In this document: piece after piece, positions 1 through 12,400 of the stretch | Layout: every line of letters starts with the position of its first letter | How positions within the stretch are numbered: the stretch's first letter is position 1 | From: Zancudomyces culisetae HAW-14-8 | Lineage: Eukaryota; Fungi; Kickxellomycota | Length of the DNA stretch: 64,000 bases | Assembly: GCA_052426225.1 (NCBI GenBank) | Contig: JBNJNM010000013.1 | Span: forward strand, 992,001 to 1,056,000 | Reading direction: 5' to 3' | Notes under the pieces: generated by a model | The model's database searches: none | Seen by the model: only the letters and a program-made list of their open reading frames with translations | Told to the model about the DNA's origin: nothing | Program-made: the position numbers and the translations under genes

Positions 1-107
1 ATTTATATATGTTTGTGTTGATTTACTAAATATAACATCGGATATTAAAGCTTTTTCAATATTTTCCTCGGGAATAATTAATACGATTTTTACACAAAAA
101 TATTTAG

Positions 108-2832
108 AAAAGCATAGAAGAGGTCATCACAACATTTGAAAATGCTCAAGTATTAGAGGCAAGTAATTGAAAAGAAAAACACTGTAAACCAGATAACTGG
201 TACAGTTATAGATAGTACAAGTTACCAAACACAAGACCCAGATTAATAATAAAATACTAAGTTTTTTTTGTATTGTAATGGATGATTAAATTAGAATAAC
301 ATGAGAGAGATTAAGGAGGTTATAAATGCCCAAGGAATAGAAAGAGCGGTGGAACTTATTCACAATAGCACAACTGTTTTGGAACAGCTTGATACGTTAC
401 ATGGGAAGCAAATAAAACAGTTGGTGATAGATATAACAAACAGGCAAATCGGGGGAAAGGACTTTGGGAAAGTCATAGAGACGCAACGAAAAGAAATAAT
501 AGAAGTGGTGAAGGGGGAATTTGAATCAGCCGAGGCTGATGGCGATGAAATCAGACTAAGCAAATACTTTAAGCTTTTTCCGCGTTTGAACGAAGAGAGG
601 CTGGGGTTGGATAGCTATTCAAAGCTTTTAAGCCAAAAACTCAGAGAGAGTTATAAAGTTAGTGGGACGCAATCAGCTAAAAAGGGAGTATATGGGCTGA
701 GACTTGGGAATATGTTTGAAGCAATGGCGTATTTAATCGATAACAACACGAATGTTGTGGAAAAGTATTATGGAGGTGGAAGTATGGCAAGGGTAATTGA
801 ACATTTGCAAATAGAGATGGACAAGAGAATAGTGTTGGTGGTGGAGTCATTTGAGGATTCGCGGCAAGTGACGCAACTGGTTGGACAAGTGGAGGGGTTT
901 TTCGACAAGGTTTCGAGCCATCCAAAGGAGGCGCCAGTAAAAGAAACTAGAGACGTAGCAGAAACAGCTGCAGGTACGAATCTTAAATGGATGGGGGTAA
1001 AAACGTCACAAAATGTGGGTGAAAAGGGCAGAGGAGTGAGTTCAGAGTTGGCTAGAAGCAGCGGGGAATCGGTAGAAGAAGGTCCGGATATGTCTATAGT
1101 ATCTGAAACGATAGATGAGTTGGCAGTAATGGCGAGTCAATGTGTTGGATTTGTGCAGTATTTACAAAGAGTAGGACAGTCGTTGTCAGAAAGGCTGGTT
1201 GACAAAGAAAAGATAGTTTTGACAGAGGGTGAGATAATGCTTTGTTTGCCCGGAAGAAGCGATACATTGATGAGTAAAAAAGTAGGGGTAGGCCACGAGA
1301 AAGGGCTGAAAGTAAACCCAGATACAGGTATATTGATTAATACACAGCTCGAGCAAATGACAGAGTGGCTGGTCAGCTCGTATATTCAGTTAGAGAAGTA
1401 TTATTCCAGACAAATGTCGCTAAAAGCAATACAATACGACGATTTGGAGGAGTTGGAAGGTTGGGCATATGCGATATCTATGGATAAAGGTCCAATAAGA
1501 CAGCGGCGAGTTGAGGCAGATGATAAAAGCATTGGAAATAATAATTGGCAGCTGACATCAAGTTGCGCAGAGGATCTATTCTATGTTTTACAACGAGGGT
1601 TAATGAGAGCAGTAAAAATACAGAGAGAAAATGTGATGGGAGAAATAATAGCTGTTTGTGCTGATATAATGAGTAACGTCTTTTTGGAGTACTTGGAATC
1701 TCAGGTTATGGAAAAATGGGAATACCAAACCCATCCCAGTGGTGTTCCTGGCTCTGGTCAGGGATTCTTCTCTGGACCGGACCAACCCGGGCGAGCTACA
1801 ACTCTCAAGTCGGGCTATAGCAATTCAAATGCTGCAAATAGTTATCTTGGTATTCCTAGTAGTCGCGATGGGGGCACGCCTAGCCTTGGAACACACAAAA
1901 CAGGAACTTATACCAACCTACTCCCACCTGCTGTGAATAGTACAGGAGCCGCCGGAGGTCTCTGGAAACAAAGCTTAAAGAGTTCTCTGACATCTTCGAC
2001 ATTAGGATTGGCACTGGGGCTGGGCTCATCCTCTTCTACTTCGGCCATCAAATCCCAGAAGCATATTTGTGTGGGTTTAAACAATTTAGATGTTTCGGTT
2101 TCTTACTTGGCCGCCCTGCTTGATAGTCTCACAAAGTACATTTCAAACCAATGGGATTTTGACGACGAACAGGACCAAAATAATGCAAAAATCGACTTAA
2201 CTATACAGTCAATGCTGAGCAAACTGTCGATTTTTTCGTCAAAAATGTCCCTGTTGCTATCACGTGCGATCAACAGACTGGTGGTTTCTGCCCTTCGCAT
2301 TAGAATACGCCAGGCACTGAAAGAGAGTTATTCAGATATAAAATATGTCTTGAATGACGAAGAATTTAGCGATGTGATGGCCAACAACTTGTTTGTACAA
2401 AGACTTTTGGTCAAGCTTCACGCACTACTTTTACCATTCAAAAACAGGTTTACTAAAAATAACTATAGCCAGTTTGTGGCCAATTTTGTGGAAATTTTAG
2501 TATCTGATTGGCAGCGCGCAATAGTTCAATCAAAATTTAACGTCCTGGGTGGGATTTGCTTTGAAAAGGACGTCAAGGCTGTTCAACATTACTTTGAGGA
2601 GCTTCCATGTAATTATAACCTGCGGTCCAAGTTTTCCAGGCTTGCACAAATGGCAATGGTCTTGGCTTCACATGATCCAAGGTCAGCTATAAATCAGTTG
2701 AGCGGTTCTCATAATACATTTTATAGTTTAGATGGCGATGGCAGTGTGGATGAATCTGAAAATAGTAGCCTAGATGATGTCCTCTTGCCCGATGAGGTAG
2801 CTAAATTGATTTCCAGTAGAATTGATATCTAA
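108..2832 (+). CDS. COG4: Conserved oligomeric Golgi complex subunit 4 (5' end lies upstream of the window; probable exon 108-158, main exon 295-2832)
   Basis: 843-aa ORF with COG4-type segments: 'LSKYFKLFPRL..E.LGLDSYS', 'SSCAEDLFYVL', 'ICVGLNNLD', and C-terminal 'KFNVLGGICFEKDVK...LRSKFSRLAQM'. AG acceptor at 293-294 with a TACTAAG branch-like site upstream. Confidence 0.85.
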
Positions 2833-3084
2833 AACCCGACTTTTTTCTTTCTTTTTCTTCTTTAACTTTTAGGTTACAGGGATAATACACTTGTCAGTAT
2901 TCTCCCTTCTCAACCATTCACTTTTCTTTGTGTAAAAACTCGAAATAAATATGTTATATTGTTGATTTTTGTTATAACCCATCTCATTTCTGTTTCATTT
3001 CCATAAAAATCCCCAGTTTCGTCAAATAAACACTGAGGCTGGAGCGGGAGGGGGGGGGGGGAGTGCTTTACCTGATTTTCATCA

Positions 3085-5158
3085 CTAATCGCTTGTCCAT
3101 TCATCATCTTTCTCTACCTCTCCTCTCGCCTTTTCTATTTCTTGGTTTTCTGGCGTCCAAGCCACAATATTACCAACTTGGTCTCCACTAAATAACACAC
3201 TTCTCCCGTTTTTATAACTTGAGTTTATTTCTAAACAGTTAACTCCAAGCATTTCTGGATCCTCGATTTCTTCGCAATATCTCAGTATTTTTTCGTCTAC
3301 CTGTTTTATCCCCTTTTCCACATTACCGATTTTATACCTCTTGTCAATTGGAACTATTTGGATCTCGTACTGTTCGGTATTAGGATAAAAAACTGTTGTT
3401 TCTGTTTTTTCTAAAACCTGCATTTCAATAACTTGTAATTCATTTATTCTTGGAAATGTCTGAATGTTGTAGTTCTGGACTTGCTTAGATCCGATTATGT
3501 CTCCAGTAGAAGCCTGCCACACACATATTCTTCCAGAAATATCGCTACTTACTAGCACATTTCCCTGAGTGCTTGTTGCTAGTCCATTTATTTGAGCTGT
3601 GTGAAGTTTTTTCTGGTGATTATCTATTGTATTGAATGCAAAAAGTGTTTGAAAGCGTATTTTATACATATTTTCTATTCGCAGTGTATCGATATGTATA
3701 TTAAGTGTTATTGAGACAAAAGTATGCTCTGTATTACATATCCTTGAAAAAAATATGTGCCCATACCTATTGCACCCAACTCAAAAAGAAAAGATTTCAT
3801 TTTCCTTATATCCCAGTACTTGATAGTCGAGTCTAACCTTTTGATTTAAAGGATTATCTCAAGTGTTACATTTCAAGTTATACAAGCATTTTTATTTTTA
3901 CTTATCTGGTAAAATAAGAAAATTTATTTTACCCTCCAGTGACCAAAGCGTATTCATTCTTTGGCAGCCATTTAGATACAATACTCTTTCCTTGGTTTGC
4001 TATTATTATCGTCATAATTTAAATACAATATATCAAACAATAATAGTAAACATTTTAATAATCATTCAAGCTAAAGCTACAAGCACAAGAGTTACCTTGT
4101 ATGGTATGCAGACTTGACCCAGTTCTTAAATCACATATCTTTACAACTTTGCTACCCATTGCTAATATATTTTATAGATAATAAATGTAATTCTTCTCCG
4201 CGTTATGCCGAAATTTTCACTACTTGATGAAACTCTAAAATGGTTTAATGTTAATCAAGGTCTGACCTGAAATCAAGTGGTGGTTTCCATTTTGTGCAAC
4301 GCTGTGGTTCGATATCTTGAATTCCAGCGAGAAAGATTGAACACACTAAAATTCAAGACTGGTATTATTTAATATGCAAAAAACTCACCACCCCCTCCTC
4401 CCATCAGTTCTTCATATCCGTTTTTAAAGCACTAAAAATATACATATTCTTGCACCGTAAAGTACCTTTGAAGTCGTGATGTCCCAGTATCTCAATCTTC
4501 CGTCGTAGCTACAGCTAGAAAATCTTTTGGTATCGCTTGAATTCCATTCTACACCCGTAATTACAGAGCTATGGGCACTATCAAATAAAAATAGTTGTGT
4601 GTTATTATTTGAAGATCCATTATAATTAAGATTACACTGTTTCTAAAAAGAATATGTATACAGCGAACATGTTCAATTTTAGGATGAATATATTATAATG
4701 TGAAGCATATTACGACTTGATTTCGATTTTGGGTCCAAATATTTTTTTCGTGACTTGTTTTTCGTAAGCCTCCGATATATCATACATATAGATGTTTCTA
4801 TCGTCCCCACAGGAAAGCAAACTAAATGATTTGTTTACATGTTTTTAGATTTTTAGTATGATTATTAGCATTCCATATCCTCTAGGCATCTGATATTACA
4901 TTATTGTTAAATTATTTATAATATTTCAGTAAATACAGATAAATATACACAAAAGAAGTGAGGAATGTCCAAATAAATAGATCACCTTGTTTCTGTGAGC
5001 CCATCTAGTGTTAGCCATTTAACACCGCCTTGATGATTACTATCAATTCGAATTTTTTTTGATAAAGCAAAATTCTTCGTTCCAAGATGAATAGCCTCGT
5101 CCATGATATCTGCTCCACTCAGCTCTCCTGTTTTTCGACGTTTTATAAGATTATACAT
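3085..5158 (-). CDS. ERCC8: WD40 DNA excision repair protein ERCC8/CSA (Rad28/Ckn1-like), multi-exon
   Basis: Hand-spliced exons: MYNLIKRRKTGEL...HQGGVKWLTLD (ATG 5158); LLSCGDDRNIYMYDI; HSSVITGVEWNSSDTKRFSSCSYDGRLRYWD; CVQSFSLEFKISNHSV; VKICDLRTGSSLHTIQ. These are colinear with the known CSA WD repeats. Last exon is the 3085 ORF. Confidence 0.8.
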
Positions 5159-6470
5159 TATTAGTTATACCTTTATTGATATTTTTTCAAGAGATTCAGT
5201 TTTATATTTGAAATTGGAACGCTTACTTGATACAAAACATCACATTCAAGGACTAAGTGCAATAAAAAAACCGGGGGATTTTATTGGATAAGCCAATCTT
5301 CAAGCAACAAATCCTCTAGATCATTTTAACTTTTTATAATTCCAAAGCCTGGATCGATATTTTGAGAGAACTTCAATAGCCTAAATGAAAAATTAGAAAA
5401 AATTGATTGCAGCAAAAAAACAAAATAATTCCAAAACCATCTAAAAGTGTAATAGCTAAGGATAAAACCCAAATTCAACACAAGAACTATGTGAACGTAC
5501 AAAGTAAGTAACTATAAAATATGTATATAGCAGTTTTTAATGCAAAACAGGAGAAATAAATTATTACTTGAGCGATTTTAGATATGAAAAGTCGTATCAA
5601 AATATCCAAGTATAGGTAGTTTGAAATCTAAAAAAATATAATCAAGCGAAGACGGATGAGTGTAGATACTAATAAGAAATTTGATGTATACAAAATTCAT
5701 CTAGAAATAACAACCCGTAACGTGCTAAAAAGAAAATATGTATCGAGCGAAAAAAATAGAAAACCGAAACTTTTACTCCTAAAAAAGTAGTATAAATGTG
5801 TGTAGGTCAAAAAACTAAACCCTGTGCTGGTCCATAATAAAGAAGATATGCTAGCGCGGTCAAAGGTGCATCATATAACTATGATCTACTATCTGAGTAG
5901 ATAAAAAAATACAAAGTATCGAACGAAAAGGAGAAAATGACTTATGAGTAGACACGGTATTCAAAGATAGATACAATATAATTCAAAATACAATAAGAAG
6001 ATGGTAAATGAATGGAAAATGTAGTGATACGCAAATAGATAGCTTGACGAGTTTGCTGCTATAAAGTAGATAAAGCTAATTAACTACAATTGCAAAAAAA
6101 TCGTCAAAAAAATCGTCAAAAAAATCGCAATAAAAAATGGTAAATTCATATATTGGAATTAAGAAAGTAAAAATCGATAAAAATGAAAGTAAATAGTAAA
6201 AAATTATGAATAATGGAAAATCCAAGAATAAAGGTGAGGAAATAGAATTTACAATGCTTCAAAAGAAGCAGCGAAATGATAGTTTTTAATGACGATGAAA
6301 AGACATCATCCGTGAATGCATGGATATCGAAGAGTCAAGCATCGAAATAATACTTAAATCAGGATATATAGCGGGGATTGTTATTACAATATGGCAACAG
6401 AAACTTATCGATAGTAAGTTGTGAGTCTTGATAATAGTGTGACTGTTTCAGTATTGAAAAATTTAACAGA

Positions 6471-9400
6471 TTAAGTACTAGTGTCAGTTGTGGTATCAGT
6501 AGTAGTGTCAGTGGTGGTGTCAGTTGTGGTATCGGTTGTGGTATCGGTTGTGGTATCAGTGGTTGTATCAGTTGTGGTATCGGTTGTGGTATCGGTAGTA
6601 GTGTCAGTAGTAGTGTCAGTGGTTGTGTCAGTTGTGGTATCGGTTGTGGTATCAGTGGTTGTATCAGTTGTGGTATCGGTTGTGGTATCGGTAGTAGTGT
6701 CAGTAGTAGTGTCAGTGGTTGTGTCAGTTGTGGTATCAGTTGTGGTGTCAGTGGTTGTATCAGTTGTGGTATCAGTGGTTGTATCAGTGGTTGTATCAGT
6801 GGTTGTATCGGTTGTGGTATCGGTTGTGGTGTCAGTGGTTGTGTCAGTGGTTGTATCGGTTGTGGTGTCAGTGGTTGTATCAGTTGTGGTGTCAGTGGTT
6901 GTATCAGTTGTGGTATCGGTAGTAGTGTCAGTTGTGGTGTCAGTGGTGGTGTCAGTGGTTGTGTCAGTAGTAGTGTCAGTGGTTGTGTCAGTTGTGGTAT
7001 CGGTTGTGGTATCGGTTGTGGTGTCAGTTGTGGTATCGGTTGTGGTATCAGTGGTTGTGTCAGTTGTGGTATCAGTGGTTGTATCAGTTGTGGTATCAGT
7101 GGTTGTATCAGTTGTGGTGTCAGTGGTTGTGTCAGTTGTGGTATCAGTGGTTGTGTCAGTTGTGGTATCAGTGGTTGTATCAGTTGTGGTGTCAGTGGTT
7201 GTGGTATCGGTTGTGGTATCGGTTGTGGTATCGGTTGTGGTGTCAGTGGTTGTGTCAGTGGTTGTATCAGTGGTTGTATCAGTGGTTGTATCGGTTGTGG
7301 TGTCAGTTGTGGTATCAGTGGTTGTATCAGTTGTGGTGTCAGTGGTTGTGCCAGTTGTGGTGTCAGTTGTGGTATCGGTTGTGGTATCAGTGGTTGTGTC
7401 AGTTGTGGTGTCAGTGGTTGTATCAGTTGTGGTGTCAGTGGTTGTATCAGTTGTGGTGTCAGTGGTTGTATCAGTTGTGGTGTCAGTGGTTGTGTCAGTA
7501 GTAGTGTCAGTTGTGGTGTCAGTGGTGGTGTCAGTGGTTGTGTCAGTAGTAGTGTCAGTGGTTGTGTCAGTTGTGGTATCGGTTGTGGTATCGGTTGTGG
7601 TGTCAGTAGTAGTGTCAGTGGTTGTGTCAGTTGTGGTGTCAGTTGTGGTGTCAGTGGTTGTATCGGTTGTGGTATCAGTGGTGGTATCAGTTGTGGTATC
7701 AGTTGTGGTGTCAGTGGTTGTGTCAGTTGTGGTATCAGTGGTTGTGTCAGTGGTTGTATCGGTTGTGGTATCAGTGGTTGTATCAGTTGTGGTATCGGTT
7801 GTGGTATCGGTTGTGGTATCGGTTGTGGTGTCGGTTGTGGTATCGGTTGTGGTATCGGTTGTGGTGTCAGTGGTTGTATCAGTTGTGGTATCGGTTGTGG
7901 TATCGGTAGTAGTATCAGTTGTGGTGTCAGTGGTTGTGTCAGTTGTGGTATCAGTGGTTGTGTCAGTGGTTGTATCAGTTGTTGTATCAGTGGTTGTATC
8001 AGTGGTTGTATCGGTTGTGGTGTCAGTGGTTGTGTCAGTTGTGGTATCAGTGGTTGTGTCAGTGGTTGTATCAGTTGTTGTATCAGTTGTTGTATCAGTG
8101 GTTGTATCAGTGGTTGTATCGGTTGTGGTGTCAGTGGTTGTGTCAGTTGTGGTGTCAGTGGTTGTGTCAGTTGTGGTGTCAGTGGTTGTATCAGTTGTGG
8201 TGTCAGTGGTTGTATCAGTTGTGGTGTCAGTGGTTGTATCAGTTGTGGTATCGGTAGTAGTGTCAGTTGTGGTGTCAGTGGTGGTGTCAGTGGTTGTGTC
8301 AGTAGTAGTGTCAGTGGTTGTGTCAGTTGTGGTATCGGTTGTGGTATCGGTTGTGGTGTCAGTAGTAGTGTCAGTGGTTGTGTCAGTTGTGGTGTCAGTT
8401 GTGGTGTCAGTGGTTGTATCGGTTGTGGTATCAGTGGTGGTATCAGTTGTGGTATCAGTTGTGGTATCAGTTGTGGTGTCAGTGGTTGTGTCAGTTGTGG
8501 TATCAGTGGTTGTGTCAGTGGTTGTATCGGTTGTGGTATCAGTGGTTGTATCAGTTGTGGTATCGGTTGTGGTATCGGTTGTGGTGTCGGTTGTGGTGTC
8601 GGTTGTGGTATCGGTTGTGGTATCGGTTGTGGTGTCAGTGGTTGTATCAGTTGTGGTATCGGTTGTGGTATCGGTAGTAGTATCAGTTGTGGTGTCAGTG
8701 GTTGTGTCAGTTGTGGTATCAGTGGTTGTGTCAGTGGTTGTATCGGTTGTGGTATCAGTGGTTGTATCAGTTGTGGTATCAGTTGTGGTATCGGTTGTGG
8801 TGTCAGTTGTGGTGTCAGTTGTGGTATCGGTTGTGGTGTCAGTGGTTGTATCGGTTGTGGTATCAGTGGTGGTATCGGTAGTAGTGTCAGTTGTGGTATC
8901 GGTTGTGGTGTCAGTTGTGGTATCGGTTGTGGTATCGGTTGTGGTGTCAGTGGTTGTGTCAGTGGTTGTATCGGTTGTGGTGTCAGTTGTGGTATCGGTT
9001 GTGGTGTCAGTGGTTGTATCAGTTGTGGTATCAGTGGTTGTATCAGTGGTTGTATCAGTGGTTGTATCGGTTGTGGTATCGGTTGTGGTGTCAGTGGTTG
9101 TGTCAGTTGTGGTATCAGTTGTGGTGTCAGTTGTGGTATCGGTTGTGGTATCGGTTGTGGTGTCAGTGGTTGTATCAGTTGTGGTGTCAGTTGTGGTATC
9201 AGTTGTGGTGTCAGTTGTGGTATCGGTTGTGGTATCGGTTGTGGTGTCAGTGGTTGTGTCAGTAGTAGTGTCAGTGGTTGTGTCAGTTGTGGTATCAGTG
9301 GTTGTATCAGTGGTTGTGTCAGTGGTTGTGTCAGTTGTGGTGTCAGTTGTGGTATCGGTTGTGGTATCAGTGGTTGTGTCAGTTGTGGTATCAGTGGTTG

Positions 9401-12400
9401 TATCAGTGGTTGTGTCAGTGGTTGTATCAGTGGTGGTGTCAGTGGTTGTGTCAGTAGTAGTGTCAGTGGTTGTGTCAGTTGTGGTATCGGTTGTGGTGTC
9501 AGTGGTTGTGTCAGTAGTAGTGTCAGTGGTTGTATCAGTTGTTGTATCAGTGGTTGTATCAGTGGTTGTATCGGTTGTGGTGTCAGTGGTTGTGTCAGTT
9601 GTGGTATCGGTTGTGGTATCAGTGGTTGTGTCAGTTGTGGTATCAGTGGTTGTATCAGTGGTTGTATCAGTGGTTGTATCGGTTGTGGTATCGGTTGTGG
9701 TGTCAGTGGTTGTGTCAGTGGTTGTATCGGTTGTGGTGTCAGTTGTGGTATCGGTTGTGGTGTCAGTTGTGGTATCGGTTGTGGTATCGGTAGTAGTGTC
9801 AGTGGTTGTGTCAGTGGTTGTATCGGTTGTGGTATCGGTTGTGGTATCGGTTGTGGTGTCAGTGGTTGTGTCAGTGGTTGTATCAGTTGTGGTGTCAGTT
9901 GTGGTATCAGTTGTGGTGTCAGTTGTGGTATCGGTTGTGGTATCGGTTGTGGTGTCAGTGGTTGTGTCAGTAGTAGTGTCAGTGGTTGTGTCAGTTGTGG
10001 TATCAGTGGTTGTATCAGTGGTTGTGTCAGTGGTTGTGTCAGTTGTGGTGTCAGTTGTGGTATCGGTTGTGGTATCAGTGGTTGTGTCAGTTGTGGTATC
10101 AGTGGTTGTATCAGTGGTTGTGTCAGTGGTTGTATCAGTGGTTGTATCAGTGGTTGTATCGGTTGTGGTATCGGTTGTGGTGTCAGTGGTTGTGTCAGTG
10201 GTTGTATCGGTTGTGGTGTCAGTTGTGGTATCGGTTGTGGTGTCAGTTGTGGTATCGGTTGTGGTATCGGTAGTAGTGTCAGTGGTTGTGTCAGTGGTTG
10301 TATCGGTTGTGGTGTCAGTGGTTGTATCGGTTGTGGTGTCAGTGGTTGTATCAGTTGTGGTATCGGTTGTGGTGTCAGTGGTTGTATCGGTTGTGGTATC
10401 AGTGGTTGTATCAGTTGTGGTATCGGTTGTGGTATCGGTTGTGGTGTCAGTGGTTGTATCAGTTGTGGTATCAGTGGTTGTATCAGTGGTTGTATCAGTG
10501 GTTGTATCGGTTGTGGTATCGGTTGTGGTGTCAGTGGTTGTGTCAGTTGTGGTATCAGTTGTGGTGTCAGTTGTGGTATCAGTGGTTGTGTCAGTGGTTG
10601 TATCAGTTGTGGTGTCAGTTGTGGTATCAGTTGTGGTGTCAGTTGTGGTATCGGTTGTGGTATCGGTTGTGGTGTCAGTTGTGGTATCGGTTGTGGTATC
10701 GGTTGTGGTGTCAGTGGTTGTGTCAGTAGTAGTGTCAGTGGTTGTGTCAGTTGTGGTATCGGTTGTGGTGTCAGTGGTTGTGTCAGTAGTAGTGTCAGTG
10801 GTTGTGTCAGTTGTGGTATCAGTGGTTGTATCAGTGGTTGTGTCAGTGGTTGTATCAGTTGTGGTGTCAGTTGTGGTATCGGTTGTGGTATCAGTGGTTG
10901 TGTCAGTTGTGGTATCAGTGGTTGTATCAGTGGTTGTGTCAGTGGTTGTATCAGTGGTTGTATCAGTTGTGGTGTCAGTTGTGGTATCAGTGGTTGTGTC
11001 AGTTGTGGTATCGGTTGTGGTATCGGTTGTGGTATCGGTTGTGGTGTCAGTTGTGGTGTCAGTGGTTGTATCAGTTGTTGTATCAGTGGTTGTATCAGTG
11101 GTTGTATCGGTTGTGGTATCGGTTGTGGTGTCAGTTGTGGTATCGGTTGTGGTGTCAGTTGTGGTGTCAGTTGTGGTATCGGTTGTGGTATCGGTAGTAG
11201 TGTCAGTAGTAGTGTCAGTGGTTGTGGTATCGGTTGTGGTACCAGTTGTGGTGTCAGTTGTGGTATCGGTTGTGGTATCGGTTGTGGTGTCAGTGGTTGT
11301 ATCGGTTGTGGTATCAGTGGTGGTATCAGTTGTGGTATCAGTTGTGGTGTCAGTGGTTGTATCAGTTGTGGTATCAGTGGTTGTGTCAGTGGTTGTATCG
11401 GTTGTGGTATCAGTGGTTGTATCAGTTGTGGTATCGGTTGTGGTGTCAGTGGTTGTGTCAGTGGTTGTGTCAGTAGTAGTGTCAGTGGTTGTGTCAGTTG
11501 TGGTGTCAGTTGTGGTGTCAGTGGTTGTGTCAGTGGTTGTGTCAGTTGTGGTATCGGTAGTAGTGTCAGTGGTTGTATCGGTTGTGGTGTCAGTTGTGGT
11601 ATCAGTGGTTGTGTCAGTTGTGGTATCAGTGGTTGTATCAGTGGTTGTATCAGTTGTGGTGTCAGTTGTGGTATCAGTGGTTGTGTCAGTTGTGGTATCG
11701 GTTGTGGTGTCAGTTGTGGTATCGGTTGTGGTATCAGTGGTTGTATCAGTTTCCGTGGTTGTATCAGTTTCTGTGGTTATGTCAGTTTCTGTAGTAGTAT
11801 CAGTCTCAGTATCTGTTGTAGTATCTGTTTCTGTGGTGGTATCTGTTTCTGTATCAGTTGTGGTATCGGTTTCTGTGGTGGTGTCGGTTTCTGTAGTCGT
11901 ATCAGTCTCAGTTTCCGTGGTTGTATCAGTTTCTGTTGTAGTATCAGTTTCTGTTGTAGTATCAGTTTCTGTGGTGGTGTCGGTTTCTGTAGTAGTATCA
12001 GTCTCAGTTTCCGTGGTTGTATCTGTTTCTGTATCAGTTGTGGTATCGGTTTCTGTGGTGGTGTCGGTTTCTGTAGTCGTATCAGTCTCAGTTTCCGTGG
12101 TTGTATCAGTTTCTGTTGTAGTATCAGTTTCTGTGGTGGTGTCGGTTTCTGTAGTAGTATCAGTCTCAGTTTCCGTGGTTGTATCTGTTTCTGTGGTGGT
12201 ATCAGTTTCTGTATCTGTAGTTGTATCAGTTTCTGTAGTAGTATCAGTTTCTGTGGTGGTATCGGTTTCTGTATCAGTTGTGGTATCGGTTTCTGTGGTG
12301 GTGTCGGTTTCTGTAGTAGTATCAGTCTCAGTTTCCGTGGTTGTATCAGTTTCTGTTGTAGTATCAGTTTCTGTGGTGGTGTCGGTTTCTGTAGTAGTAT

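Noticed and set aside
6094-6130. Three copies of AAAAAAATCG(TC)
   Set aside because: A small local slippage duplication with no evident function.
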